From the IMG/VR virus record IMGVR_UViG_3300032235_001256, positions 1 to 62,462 of that record: a stretch of 62,462 bases of DNA; one strand, given 5' to 3'. A program made the translations under genes and the position numbers. Shown one piece after another: positions 10,357 through 20,674 of the stretch. Every line of letters begins with the position of its first letter. The stretch's first letter is position 1. This DNA is from a virus. Lineage: Duplodnaviria; Caudoviricetes. The notes under the pieces are model-generated. The model saw nothing but the letters and a program-made list of their open reading frames with translations. It ran no database searches and had not been told where the DNA came from.

Positions 10357-10914
10357 TCAGATTTTCTCGCCTGGAGGCATTTTGAAGTAATGTGGCTTAT
10401 CCTTATCGAGTCCTGATTTGGGCTGCAGGTGCATGACATAGTTTTTCATAGCCTGCGCATCCTCGCCCTCTAGCAGGCCGCTGCGGATGTCTTCATCTAT
10501 GATTTCTTTTAGGTGCTCAAGCGCCATGTTTGCCTCGAGCGACTTACGGCCCTTGTTGGTTGACGTGAGGCTTTTAATAGCGTCTAGGGTGCCCTGCAGT
10601 TCCTGAATGTGCTGTAGTGCGTCCTTGTTACGCTTGCCGGTGGTGCCGGTATCGGAGAAGACGGCTGGATCGATCCTTGATGCGCGCTCCTGCACCTTTC
10701 GGAGGTAGGCGCTCATTAGATTTAGATTTCTGTTGGTCGCTTCGATGTCGCCTTCGACAATCGCGGGATGCAGGCGGTCCGCGCGCTCCACATATTCCTC
10801 GGCAATCTTCTGAAACCGATCCCCGATATCCATGGCCAGGCGAGCCTTGCGAGCGTCGCCCTTCTGTAGGAATTTCTGCGCCAGGTCATACGCAGCAGCA
10901 GTCTTTTTAAACAT
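10357..10914 (-). CDS. Hypothetical helical protein (MFKKTAAA...)
   Basis: Probable start at 10914 with an AGAGAGGG RBS. The longer start in the ORF track reads through a terminator and the 12-bp repeat. Confidence 0.65.
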   Translation of the reverse strand: MFKKTAAAYDLAQKFLQKGDARKARLAMDIGDRFQKIAEEYVERADRLHPAIVEGDIEATNRNLNLMSAYLRKVQERASRIDPAVFSDTGTTGKRNKDALQHIQELQGTLDAIKSLTSTNKGRKSLEANMALEHLKEIIDEDIRSGLLEGEDAQAMKNYVMHLQPKSGLDKDKPHYFKMPPGEKI

Positions 10915-10925
10915 GGAGCCCTCTC

Positions 10926-10985
10926 TATGGGGCCCGGTATGGGGCCCGGTATGGGGCCCGGTATGGGGCCCGGTATGGGGCCCGG
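10926..10985. repeat. 5 x 12-bp perfect tandem repeat TATGGGGCCCGG
   Basis: Read directly from the sequence. Confidence 0.95.
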
Positions 10986-11023
10986 TTAAACTTTCATATT
11001 TCTTATTTACAGATTCATAGATG

Positions 11024-11057
11024 CAACAAAAAAGCCCGCTTCGCGGCGGGCCTTTTG
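11024..11057 (-). terminator. Minus-strand terminator, copy 2 of a direct repeat
   Basis: caacaaaaaagcccgcttcgcggcgggccttttg. Confidence 0.7.
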
Positions 11058-11196
11058 CCAAGGCCAGATCCCTCTTGAGGTGCCAAGAATTGGCGGGGCG
11101 GCCGGCGGGCGATGTCAATTATAGTGTAGTCGTGTCAAGCTACTTATTATTAAAACAGCCTTAAAGCCGAAAGCAGCTGCGCATTCCGGAGATCCA

Positions 11197-14100
11197 ATGA
11201 CTCTTAGACACTATGCCTGGAAAATTCGTCTCGGCAACACCGAGAACTTCCTTGATATTGATGATCTAACGGATGGATATCTGTTATGGCGAAATGGCTC
11301 CAAGGTGATGTCTACCTTGATTGACCAGGGCAAACTAAGCCTGAGCGCCCCGCAGAACCCGAATGACGCGGCGACCAAGCAGTACGTGGACGACAATCTA
11401 AATACTGACGAGTCGGCCCGTGTTGCAGTAGATACCCATCTACAGGCACAGATCGACGCGCTCATAGGTACTTCGCTGACCAGCGGCGATAAAGGTGATA
11501 TCACTATTGCGGTGGATGGCTATGCCTGGACAGTTGATACTGGCGCGGTTACGAACGCCAAACTCGCTGCTGTCGCCAGCGGTATTATAAAGGGGCGCTC
11601 ATCTGCTGGTACTGGCGCAGTCGAGGATCTGACTGGAGCTCAGGCTACCGCTCTGCTTGATGTATTTAGCGTGGAAGCCAAGGGCCTGGTCCCCGCTGCT
11701 GCCAGTGGCGGAACGACAAATTTCTTGCGAGCTGACGGTGTTTGGGCAGCTCCTCCTGCGGGCACCGTTACCGGAGTTTCTGTAGCTTCTGCCAATGGCT
11801 TGGCTGGCACGGTGGCTAATTCCGGTACGACTCCGGCAATTACGCTATCGACCAGCGTTACTGGTGTTCTTAAAGGCAACGGTACGGCCATAAGTGCAGC
11901 GGCGGCAGGCACCGATTACGCGCCGGCCACAAGCGGCTCTGCGATCCTAAAGGGTAACGGCGGTGGCGGATTCGCTAGCGCTGCCTCGGGCACTGACTAT
12001 GCCCCGGCTACAAGCGGGTCATCGATTTTGTCCGGCAACGGCAGCGGTGGTTTTGGCAGTGTAACCGTTGGAACCGGCCTTTCATTTGCTGCCGGAACCC
12101 TATCCAATAGCCAAGTGGGCCTTACTGATGGCGACAAGGGCGACATTACGGTTGCGTCTAGCGGCGCATCTTGGACTGTGGATGCAAATGCCATAAGCAA
12201 TACAAAGCTTGCTGATATGGCTACTGCTACCTTTAAGGGTCGGACTAGTGCCGGCAGTGGAGATCCAGAGGACCTCACAGCAACCCAGGCGACCGCTCTG
12301 CTGAACAATTTCACAAGCACCCTTAAGGGCTTGACTCCTGCTAGCGGCGGAGGTACTGCTAACTTCCTGCGTGCTGACGGCACCTGGGCCGCGCCGCTCG
12401 TTACTGACGGCGACAAAGGCGATATTGCGGTCGCTAGCAGCGGTACTTCATGGACGATTGATTCCGGGGCCGTTACCAATGCCAAGTTGGCAAATATTGC
12501 CACCGCTACTTTTAAGGGCAGGACTACTGCTGGCACCGGTGCTGTTGAGGATCTAACGGGCACCCAGGCTACAGCACTACTTGATGCATTTACGACCACT
12601 GCAAAGGGCCTTGTTCCTGCTGCTACAGGGGGAGGAACTACAAATTTCTTGCGTGCAGATGGAGCCTGGGCTGCGCCGCCCGCAGGTACTGTTACTAGTG
12701 TATCTGTGGTATCAGCAAATGGTATTGCCGGTACTGTTGCGAATGCGACAACTACTCCGGCCATTACGCTATCAACTAGCATAACGGGCCTTCTGCAGGG
12801 CAACGGCACCGCCATCAGTGCTGCCACGATTGGTACGGGCCTGTCATTTACTAGCGGCACGCTGTCAAATACCCAGATCGGTCTTACTGACGGCGACAAG
12901 GGCGACATCACTGTTGCCAGCAGTGGCACTTCATGGACTATTGACTCTGGAGCGGTTACGAATGCCAAGCTGGCAAACGTAGCAACTGCAACCTTCAAGG
13001 GCAGAACTACTGCCGGTACGGGCGCTGTCGAGGACTTGACTGCTACGCAGGCCACAGCCTTGTTGAATACATTTACTACCGCGGCTAAAGGCCTTGTTCC
13101 TGCTGCAACAGGCGGCGGCACTACAAACTTCCTACGTGCAGATGGCACCTGGGCAGCTCCACCAAATAGCGGTGGCACAGTTGCCAGTGTATCGGTAGTG
13201 TCCGCGAATGGTCTTGCTGGCACTGTTGCAAATGCTACAACAACCCCTGCAATAACCCTTTCAACGAGCGTCACCGGTCTGCTAAAAGGCAACGGCACTG
13301 CCATCTCTGCAGCTGTCTCAGGTGTAGATTATGCTCCTGCAGGTAATTATGTAACAATAGACACCGCCCAGACAATAACTGCAGCAAAAGCGATTGATGT
13401 TGCCGATGACGGTGCTCCTGCTCTGCGCATAACGCAGCGAGGTACGGGCGAGGCGCTGCGGGTTGAGGATGCTACCAATCCCGACTCAAGTCCATTTGTA
13501 ATCAACAAGGATGGAAGCGTTGGCATAGGAACGGCCGATCCTGGTGCAAAATTACACGTAGATAGTGGCAGCACTGGATGGGCTAAATGGGGAGCCTCTA
13601 TAGCAAGCGCATCTTACATGTCTTTTGTAAGAGGCGGAACATCAACAGAAGTCGGCTACATAGGGACTGATGGAGGTGGTATTTTAGCCGGTGGAACTGG
13701 CGACAACTTTGGCATCAGATCAGAGGGCGACCTTCTACTGATGGCTGGTTCTGCAGAGCGCGCAAGAATCACTGGGAGTGGCCGTGTTGGCATAGCAACA
13801 GCCTCCCCTGGCGCTATGCTTGATATAAATACCTCTGGTTCGACCTCTGTTACTCTGTATTCTGCGGAATTCCAGTCATCATCCGGTACGACAAACGCCG
13901 GCCGAGTTCTTTTCAGCCAAGGCAGTACATACGCGATGGCAATTGCTCCAACTGGAACTAGCGGAACCACCGGGCGAATCGACTTTCAATACATCACAAG
14001 GAGCACTGGCGCTGTGTCGACGACGCCCCTATCCATCCGTGGTGATGGTAACGTCGGCATTGGAACGACATCGCCAAGCAAGAGGCTGCATGTCAGCGGC

Positions 14101-15009
14101 AGCGGACTGCTGATCGATGGCGCCAGCTCGGTAGAGAGCGCTCCGCTTGCTGCGAGGCTAATAGTTGATAGTGGCGCTAGCACCGGCCATACCCTGGCCG
14201 ATCTGAGGAATAGCAATGGTTCGACACTATTCGTCAGCGGAACGAATGTCGGTATTGGCACTTCTTCTCCATCTGCCTCTAATCGACTTGCCATTGAGGC
14301 AGGCACTAATAACAATTTTGCCAGTGTAGCTATATCAAATACCTATATTAGCACTGGAACGTGGGAAATCTCAGTCCCCGGCACCGGTAAGACTCTGGTA
14401 TTCTCTTATAATGGAACTCAGAGAGGATTCCTGAGCAACGCTGTCAACGTATCCAACATCGACTTCACGGGCCAGCATCGGAGTGTCTCGAGTGAGCAGA
14501 CGCAGCTAACAAACGCTGATATAGGTTTGATTGTGGTATCTGATGGCTATTATCAGTCTATATCTGGTGCTAGAAATATCGGAATTAACGAGGCGCTGCC
14601 GAAAGTCAGGCTGAGTAACCAGCGCAGGCAGAAAAGCGTTTTTGGTGTCATATCGGAGAAGGAGGACGGTGACTCGCTAACCCGAGAGTACTGGGTGGGT
14701 AATTTTGTTAATGTTTACGACAAGGGGTCAGATGACAGCCGCCTTGTTATAAACTCTCTCGGGGAGGGCGCGATCTGGGTTTGCAACATAAACGGAAGCT
14801 TTGAAAATGGAGATTTCATCACATCCTGCGAAGTCCCTGGATATGGAATGCGACAGGACGATGATCTCATGCACAATTATACGGTCGCAAAGATAACGTG
14901 CGATTGTGACTTTGATCTAGCCAGCACTACCTACGTGTGCCAAGAGTTCGAGTTTAACGGGATAATGTACAGAAAAGCATTTGTCGGCTGCACGTATCAC
15001 TGCGGGTAG
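11197..15009 (+). CDS. Long fibre protein with a C-terminal intramolecular-chaperone-like domain
   Basis: N-terminal anchor shared with other fibres; DAATKQYVD; four GDKGDI...NFLRADG.WAAP units; VGIGT..P repeats; FTGQH...[10 protein letters not shown]...FVGCTYHCG terminus. Confidence 0.8.
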   Translation: MTLRHYAWKIRLGNTENFLDIDDLTDGYLLWRNGSKVMSTLIDQGKLSLSAPQNPNDAATKQYVDDNLNTDESARVAVDTHLQAQIDALIGTSLTSGDKGDITIAVDGYAWTVDTGAVTNAKLAAVASGIIKGRSSAGTGAVEDLTGAQATALLDVFSVEAKGLVPAAASGGTTNFLRADGVWAAPPAGTVTGVSVASANGLAGTVANSGTTPAITLSTSVTGVLKGNGTAISAAAAGTDYAPATSGSAILKGNGGGGFASAASGTDYAPATSGSSILSGNGSGGFGSVTVGTGLSFAAGTLSNSQVGLTDGDKGDITVASSGASWTVDANAISNTKLADMATATFKGRTSAGSGDPEDLTATQATALLNNFTSTLKGLTPASGGGTANFLRADGTWAAPLVTDGDKGDIAVASSGTSWTIDSGAVTNAKLANIATATFKGRTTAGTGAVEDLTGTQATALLDAFTTTAKGLVPAATGGGTTNFLRADGAWAAPPAGTVTSVSVVSANGIAGTVANATTTPAITLSTSITGLLQGNGTAISAATIGTGLSFTSGTLSNTQIGLTDGDKGDITVASSGTSWTIDSGAVTNAKLANVATATFKGRTTAGTGAVEDLTATQATALLNTFTTAAKGLVPAATGGGTTNFLRADGTWAAPPNSGGTVASVSVVSANGLAGTVANATTTPAITLSTSVTGLLKGNGTAISAAVSGVDYAPAGNYVTIDTAQTITAAKAIDVADDGAPALRITQRGTGEALRVEDATNPDSSPFVINKDGSVGIGTADPGAKLHVDSGSTGWAKWGASIASASYMSFVRGGTSTEVGYIGTDGGGILAGGTGDNFGIRSEGDLLLMAGSAERARITGSGRVGIATASPGAMLDINTSGSTSVTLYSAEFQSSSGTTNAGRVLFSQGSTYAMAIAPTGTSGTTGRIDFQYITRSTGAVSTTPLSIRGDGNVGIGTTSPSKRLHVSGSGLLIDGASSVESAPLAARLIVDSGASTGHTLADLRNSNGSTLFVSGTNVGIGTSSPSASNRLAIEAGTNNNFASVAISNTYISTGTWEISVPGTGKTLVFSYNGTQRGFLSNAVNVSNIDFTGQHRSVSSEQTQLTNADIGLIVVSDGYYQSISGARNIGINEALPKVRLSNQRRQKSVFGVISEKEDGDSLTREYWVGNFVNVYDKGSDDSRLVINSLGEGAIWVCNINGSFENGDFITSCEVPGYGMRQDDDLMHNYTVAKITCDCDFDLASTTYVCQEFEFNGIMYRKAFVGCTYHCG

Positions 15010-15171
15010 CCTTTCGACAGACATCATGCGCTGGTCCTGGCGTCATACACCGGTCGTCACTCAAGTGCGAGTGGCGGCCGGCGGCGGTATTTCGGCGCTG
15101 CTAATTATATTATATACTAGGCAAGAAATAGCAGACAGGCAAGCTAGTAAGCTAATTAACTTGGAGACACC

Positions 15172-18100
15172 ATGACTTTTAGGCCATATACTGGAAAAGT
15201 CCGTCTTGGTAATTCAGAGACTTTTCTAGATATCTCTGAACTTTCAGATGGATACGTACTTTCTCGCGAGGGAAATCAGATCGTTGCAACGCTCATCGAT
15301 CAGAGCAAGCTATCTCTCGACACCCCGTCAAGGGACGCTGATGCCGCTACAAAGGGCTATGTTGACTCAGAGCTCAGCTCAGAGGAATCTGCTCGCATCG
15401 CTGGTGATGCCGGCCTTCAGAGCAGCCTGACGTCAGAAGCGTCAGCTCGCGTAGCTGCCGATGCTGCTCTTCAGGTCGAGATTGATACTGAAGAATCTGC
15501 TCGCGCTGCCGGCGATGCATCTCTGTCAACCAGCCTGGGCAATGAGGCCTCTACTCGTGCCGCCGCAGTCGTCGCTCTCCAGGGCAGCGTTGCCGGTGAA
15601 GAGTCTGCTCGTATTGCCGGCGACAGCAATCTGCAGACGCAGATCAACAACCTGCTCTCAAACGTCACTCCCGAGTCACTTGACTCGCTGAGCGAGATTG
15701 TCTCTGCCTTCCAGGATGCCGACGGCTACCTCCTTGAAGTGGTTCAGAACCTCTCGACCGGCTCAAGCTCGGCACTTGGCATCGAGATATCCGCCCGTGC
15801 CGCTGGCGACGCGGCCCTGCAGGCTGAGATTGACACGGAAGAGTCTGCCCGTGCAGCCGGCGATGCCGCGCTCACGACCAGCCTCGGTGTTGAGACCTCG
15901 GCCCGTATTGCCGCTGATGCAGCTCTCCAGGTCGAGATTGACACGGAGGAGTCTGCCCGTGCTGCCGGTGATGCAGCTCTTTCTACCAGCCTCGGGAACG
16001 AGGCCTCGGCCCGTGCTGCTGCTGATGCAGCTCTCCAGGTCGAGATTGATGCTGAGGAGTCTGCTCGTGCCGCTGGTGACGCTGCTCTCTCCACCAGCCT
16101 AGGAAACGAGGCGTCGGCTCGAATTGCTGCCGATGCGGCCCTGCAGGTAGAGATTGATGCCGAGGAATCCGCCCGCGCTGCTGGCGATTCCGCTCTTACG
16201 ACCAGTCTAGGTGGCGAGACTTCGGCTCGCGTGGCAGCTGATGCTGCCCTCCAGGTCGAGGTCGACGCCGAGGAGTCGGCACGTGCTGCAGGCGATGCGG
16301 CGCTTTCAACCAGCCTTGGTCTCGAGACATCTGCTCGCGTTGCTCAAGATGGTTATCTGCACGATCTCATTGTTGACGAGGTCGAGCGCGCCTCGGGAGC
16401 CGAGGAGGCTCTGCAGGGCAATATCGATGCCGAGGCGTCAGTTCGTGCTGCTGCCGTTATCTCTCTCCAGGGTGAGATTGATACTGAGGAGTCCGTCCGT
16501 GCTGCCCAGGACACAGTCCTACAGGGCAATATTAACACCGAGGCTTCCGCTCGCGTCGCTGCGGATGGCGCCCTGGCTAGCGATCTGGACCTAGAGGAGT
16601 CCGCTCGTATCGCTCAGGATCAGAATCTTCAGAACAGCATTGGCTCCGAGGCGTCTGCTCGTGCGGCTGCTGATGCGGGTCTTGCTGGCGATCTTGATAT
16701 TGAGGAGTCTGCTCGTATTGCTGGCGACAGCAATCTGCAGACGCAGATCAACAACTTGCTCTCAAACGTTGATCCGGCGGCACTCGACTCGCTCAGCGAG
16801 ATTATCTCTGCATTCCAGGATGCCGATGGCTATCTGCTTGACGTGGTTCAGAACCTCTCAACCGGATCAAGCTCAGCCCTTGGCCTTGAGACCTCGGCCC
16901 GTATCGCTGCCGATGCAGCGCTTCAGGTCGAAGTTGACGCCGAAGAGTCTGCTCGTGCGGCAGGTGATGCGGCTCTCACGACCAGCCTAGGTGTTGAGGC
17001 CTCTGCCCGCATCGCTGCTGATGCAGCCTTGCAGGTCGAGATTGACGCCGAAGAGTCCGCCCGTGCTGCCGGCGACGCTGCTCTCAGCATCAGCCTCGGC
17101 AACGAGACGTCTGCCCGCATTGCTGCCGATGCAGCGCTGCAGATCGAGATCGACACCGAGGAATCCGCCCGCGCTGCTGGCGATGCTGCGCTGTCAACCA
17201 GTCTCAGTAATGAGACGTCTGCTCGCGTAGCTGCCGATGCAACGAAGTTGGCGCTCTCTGGCGGCACCATGACCGGCGCCATTGCCATGGGCAATAACAA
17301 GGTCACTGGCCTTGCAGCAGGTACCGATGCTAGCGATGCAGTTACGCTTTCGCAGCTGCAGTCCGCCATCACGGACATCGATCCTGCCGGTAGCACTGGT
17401 CAGATCCAGTTCAATGCCGATGGCTACGACTTCGGTGCTAGCGCCAACCTGGCATGGGACAATGCGCAGAGCTCACTGTTCGTGGGTGGCGCAGCCAAGG
17501 TAAATGGCGTAGTCTCGCTAGGCGAGGTCGCCGAGGTTCCGGCCGGTGAGGCGGGTTATGGCAAGCTGTTTGCCAAGAGCGACGATGGCCTGTACTTCGT
17601 TGACTCAGAGGGCGTGAATCACTACGTCCTCCTCGACGGCTACGTTCAGCTGTCTGGTACGTCTGTAGCGCTCGACGCCAGCCCATCGCTGCCGGTTTAC
17701 CGCAGCCTGAGCATGACCGACGCCACGACCTTTACCACGTCAAATCTTGGTGTTGGTCGCTCTGTCACCGTTCGCCTCGTTGCGGGGGCGGCTCAGCGTG
17801 CGGTAACCTTCCCAGCCGGATGGAGCTGGCTCGGCGGTGCAGTACCAGCTGCTATACCGGCCAACAAGGTTGCGCTACTCTCGTTCATTGCCTATGGTCC
17901 AGCCGACACTGATGTAATTGCTGCTTGGTCGTATAACGACTCTGAGGCGATCAGCGGCGGCGGCACGACTGGCCAGGTTGCTTTCTACGATGGCATCCGC
18001 TCAGTCTCCGGCGAAGCCAACCTGACATGGGACGCCGAAAACGACCGCCTTGTGGTCGGTACCGTTGCGTCACCAGCTGCCAATCTACACGTAGGCGGCA

Positions 18101-18597
18101 GCGCCCAGGTAGATGGTGCGGTCACGATGAATGGTGCAGTAACCATCGGCGATGGTTATGCTGATGTAGTTACCGTAAATGGTACCGCTACATTTAACCA
18201 GCCGGTTTCGATGGGCTCCAACAAGATCACAAATCTTGCCACCCCCTCGAGCGACAATGATGCTGTCAACCTCGCCTTCCTTGAGTCACGTCGTCTGCTG
18301 ACGATTCAGACCATTGCTGGCTCTGGTAGCGTCAATGCGACAACTGATGTCGTGTTTGTGACCGGTTCCGGCAGCTCCGTCATCCGTCTCCCCGAGGCGG
18401 TTGCTGGCAACGCTGGCAAGGTAATCGTTGTCAAGAAGCGCAACTCCGGCGCCGAAGATAACGTTGGTACCGCTTCGGGCTCTGGCCAGGCCATTGATGG
18501 CGCAGTCGCCGACTCGTCATCAAACCTCCAGGAGCTGATGCTTCTGAATGAGTCGCTGACCTTTATCAGCGACGGCAGCAACTGGTTCATCATCTGA
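15172..18597 (+). CDS. Coiled-coil fibre protein with 18-aa ExSARxAxDxxL repeats
   Basis: Long repeat shaft; KITNLA.P...DAV motifs; LP.A...G...KK...IDG...SNWFII C-terminus. Confidence 0.8.
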   Translation: MTFRPYTGKVRLGNSETFLDISELSDGYVLSREGNQIVATLIDQSKLSLDTPSRDADAATKGYVDSELSSEESARIAGDAGLQSSLTSEASARVAADAALQVEIDTEESARAAGDASLSTSLGNEASTRAAAVVALQGSVAGEESARIAGDSNLQTQINNLLSNVTPESLDSLSEIVSAFQDADGYLLEVVQNLSTGSSSALGIEISARAAGDAALQAEIDTEESARAAGDAALTTSLGVETSARIAADAALQVEIDTEESARAAGDAALSTSLGNEASARAAADAALQVEIDAEESARAAGDAALSTSLGNEASARIAADAALQVEIDAEESARAAGDSALTTSLGGETSARVAADAALQVEVDAEESARAAGDAALSTSLGLETSARVAQDGYLHDLIVDEVERASGAEEALQGNIDAEASVRAAAVISLQGEIDTEESVRAAQDTVLQGNINTEASARVAADGALASDLDLEESARIAQDQNLQNSIGSEASARAAADAGLAGDLDIEESARIAGDSNLQTQINNLLSNVDPAALDSLSEIISAFQDADGYLLDVVQNLSTGSSSALGLETSARIAADAALQVEVDAEESARAAGDAALTTSLGVEASARIAADAALQVEIDAEESARAAGDAALSISLGNETSARIAADAALQIEIDTEESARAAGDAALSTSLSNETSARVAADATKLALSGGTMTGAIAMGNNKVTGLAAGTDASDAVTLSQLQSAITDIDPAGSTGQIQFNADGYDFGASANLAWDNAQSSLFVGGAAKVNGVVSLGEVAEVPAGEAGYGKLFAKSDDGLYFVDSEGVNHYVLLDGYVQLSGTSVALDASPSLPVYRSLSMTDATTFTTSNLGVGRSVTVRLVAGAAQRAVTFPAGWSWLGGAVPAAIPANKVALLSFIAYGPADTDVIAAWSYNDSEAISGGGTTGQVAFYDGIRSVSGEANLTWDAENDRLVVGTVASPAANLHVGGSAQVDGAVTMNGAVTIGDGYADVVTVNGTATFNQPVSMGSNKITNLATPSSDNDAVNLAFLESRRLLTIQTIAGSGSVNATTDVVFVTGSGSSVIRLPEAVAGNAGKVIVVKKRNSGAEDNVGTASGSGQAIDGAVADSSSNLQELMLLNESLTFISDGSNWFII

Positions 18598-18617
18598 TGG
18601 CTAGAGACTGAAAAGAG

Positions 18618-18649
18618 ACCGGGCCCTGAAAAGGGCCCGGTTTTTATTT
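18618..18649. terminator. Intrinsic terminator between convergent genes
   Basis: accgggccct-gaaa-agggcccggt followed by a T tract. Confidence 0.85.
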
Positions 18650-18662
18650 GCACGAGGACGTT

Positions 18663-19013
18663 TCAGAATTCGGTTTTTGAGACTAGGTCCAATACTGCAT
18701 CGACTTTGTCAGCGGCATCACGCTGGCCAGCAGAATCAAGCGCAGCAGCTACCTTGACCAGCTCGCCCATGAGGGATGCCTTGCGGCTCTGACGAGCATT
18801 TAGGGCAAATTGAATCTGACCGAGCAGCTCGCGCTGAGCCTTGGTCAGCTTCTTGTCGCCCTCTGCCATCTCCTGCAGCTCTTTCTTTTTCTTCTTTAGA
18901 AGAGAGGTCGGAATCTTCTTGTCTTCCGGGATATTGAGCTTCTTGTGTAGCTCGCCCTTTTCCTCTAGGCTGACCGCTCCTTGCATCCACTTGTTGTCTT
19001 TTCCTTTTGCCAT
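18663..19013 (-). CDS. Small basic protein with the shared helix-turn-helix module
   Basis: KWMQGAV...KGELHKKLNIPEDKKIP; C-terminal LVKVAAALDSAGQRDAADKVD; GGAG RBS. Confidence 0.7.
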   Translation of the reverse strand: MAKGKDNKWMQGAVSLEEKGELHKKLNIPEDKKIPTSLLKKKKKELQEMAEGDKKLTKAQRELLGQIQFALNARQSRKASLMGELVKVAAALDSAGQRDAADKVDAVLDLVSKTEF

Positions 19014-19063
19014 TTTTACTCCGGATAGCTTGCTAGCTGATTATCGTTCGAGATATTTAGTAG

Positions 19064-19291
19064 TCATGAGTCTGATAGTACATCTATCTCTACGTGGAAT
19101 CCGCGACTATTAAATGCTGCTATGGCGGCCTCATCTACGGCAGAGGATCGTGGATAGGCGAACTCTACCCTGCTTTTTACTATATCCAGAGCCCTTATGT
19201 ATCCTATCTTTCTGTGACCAAGGTAAACCTGAATGCCCTCATTCTGACTTGTAATATGGCCAATTATAAGTGAATCTGCTTCGATATTCAT
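19064..19291 (-). CDS. Hypothetical protein
   Basis: 75-aa ORF filling the gap between genes. Confidence 0.45.
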   Translation of the reverse strand: MNIEADSLIIGHITSQNEGIQVYLGHRKIGYIRALDIVKSRVEFAYPRSSAVDEAAIAAFNSRGFHVEIDVLSDS

Positions 19292-19365
19292 CTTTGCCGA
19301 AAGTGTATTGAGCTTTTTAGGCAGACGTGTATTCTTTTGCGCTATTACTTATTGCCGCATTAAAC

Positions 19366-20115
19366 ATGGCAAATTTTCCACTGTTTAAGCGCGCCGGGCG
19401 AGAGCTGCGATCCGAAGCAGGTATTGTCGATTTCATAAAAGATCTTGGATCCAAGGCCATCGACCTACTGGGTCCTGATATTGCAAAAACCATAAAAGAC
19501 TTGCCCGAAACTTTTTTAACAGGTATTGCCGATAAGGGTAGCGATTTGCATAGCAGCAAGAATCCTTCGCCCGAGCAGGTGAAAAAATACATTCAAAAGG
19601 TGATTTCTGAGCGCGAGAGCACCAGGCCAAGTGGCAAGAAGATTACCGTTACAAAGCTGCATACCGTTCCTGGCCCTGCCGGATCCGATGACGCATTCTA
19701 CAACAAGATCTTAACTGGGATCGGGGCTCCTGCAACTCCGGAAAATAAAAGGTTCATGTACGCTTGGCGGGCAGCCGAGGGAGGACAGGCTGCCTTTAAT
19801 CCATTTAATACTACGCAGGGCGCTCCGGGTGCAACGAACTATAATACAGCTGGCGTCAAAAACTACACCGGTGAAGATCAGGGCGTAGCGGCAACCGTAA
19901 AAACTCTGTTAAATGGCAGGTATAGCGAGATCATATCTGCGCTTCGCGATGGAGGGCCTGGTGCCTCTGCGGCAGCTGCCCAGGCTCTTGCTCGCAGTCC
20001 GTGGGGGACTGGAGAGCTGGTACTTAGGGTCCTGAAGGGCAGAGGTCAGCGCAAGCCCATTTACCAGCTACCTGAAGCCGAAGAGGAAGGCGAAACTATT
20101 CATATGAATAGCTAA
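19366..20115 (+). CDS. Putative lysozyme-like peptidoglycan hydrolase with an FPLFKRA leader
   Basis: ATG at 19366 (MANFPLFKRAG); AWRAAEGG...FNPFNTT...GVKNY...G..AT..TL.NGRY resembles lysozyme-fold muramidases. Confidence 0.55.
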   Translation: MANFPLFKRAGRELRSEAGIVDFIKDLGSKAIDLLGPDIAKTIKDLPETFLTGIADKGSDLHSSKNPSPEQVKKYIQKVISERESTRPSGKKITVTKLHTVPGPAGSDDAFYNKILTGIGAPATPENKRFMYAWRAAEGGQAAFNPFNTTQGAPGATNYNTAGVKNYTGEDQGVAATVKTLLNGRYSEIISALRDGGPGASAAAAQALARSPWGTGELVLRVLKGRGQRKPIYQLPEAEEEGETIHMNS

Positions 20116-20200
20116 TTCCGATCTTTGCTTGTAAATATAACTATCAATCCGGAAGCTCTAATTTAAACGAGGTCCCGTAATTACCGGCACTTGGAGATAC

Positions 20201-20674
20201 ATGAAATCGGACATTGACTGGAAATCCCTTGAGCTAGCACTGAATCCGCCGACCGACAGGTCAATTGACTTTGCTTCAGCATCTGGTCAGTTTACGAAGG
20301 TCGCGTTTGATGTTTATAAGAAAATCGGAGAAGAGGGCCTGTGGGAGCTGCGCGAGGCTGAAGATGGCCGCAAAGTTCTTGTGGCTCTCTACGAGGAGGC
20401 TGCTGAAAACATTAAGACAGCCTCGGTTAACGAGTGGTCTGCTCACCCAGATTCCTCCAGCAAGTTTGTGACCCTTGCCTTCCGCGGCGCTCCGATTTAT
20501 AAATTCGCTGCTGCAGATTACGGATTTGACGAGGCGAGTGCCGGTCAATTTGCTAGCTTTGTTGTATCAAAGGCGCGTGATAGCTCATTCGTCGACCAGT
20601 TGGCCGATAGCCTAACTCCGGCCCGTCGCGCCCACCTGCTAGATCTTATCAGTGATCAGGGGAAAACCAAATGA
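20201..20674 (+). CDS. Hypothetical head-module protein
   Basis: GGAG RBS; FTKVA and IKTAS sites. Confidence 0.7.
   Translation: MKSDIDWKSLELALNPPTDRSIDFASASGQFTKVAFDVYKKIGEEGLWELREAEDGRKVLVALYEEAAENIKTASVNEWSAHPDSSSKFVTLAFRGAPIYKFAAADYGFDEASAGQFASFVVSKARDSSFVDQLADSLTPARRAHLLDLISDQGKTK

Noticed and set aside
10926-10985. Possible CRISPR array
   Set aside because: Contiguous 12-bp units with no spacers; no cas genes in the window.
11111-11140. TTGACA and TATAAT on the minus strand
   Set aside because: The two boxes are only 9 nt apart, incompatible with sigma-70 spacing.
11997-13304. Long antisense ORFs (also 36787-37563, 54039-54848 and others)
   Set aside because: Shadows of Ala/Gly/Thr-rich, codon-biased sense genes; no recognisable motifs.
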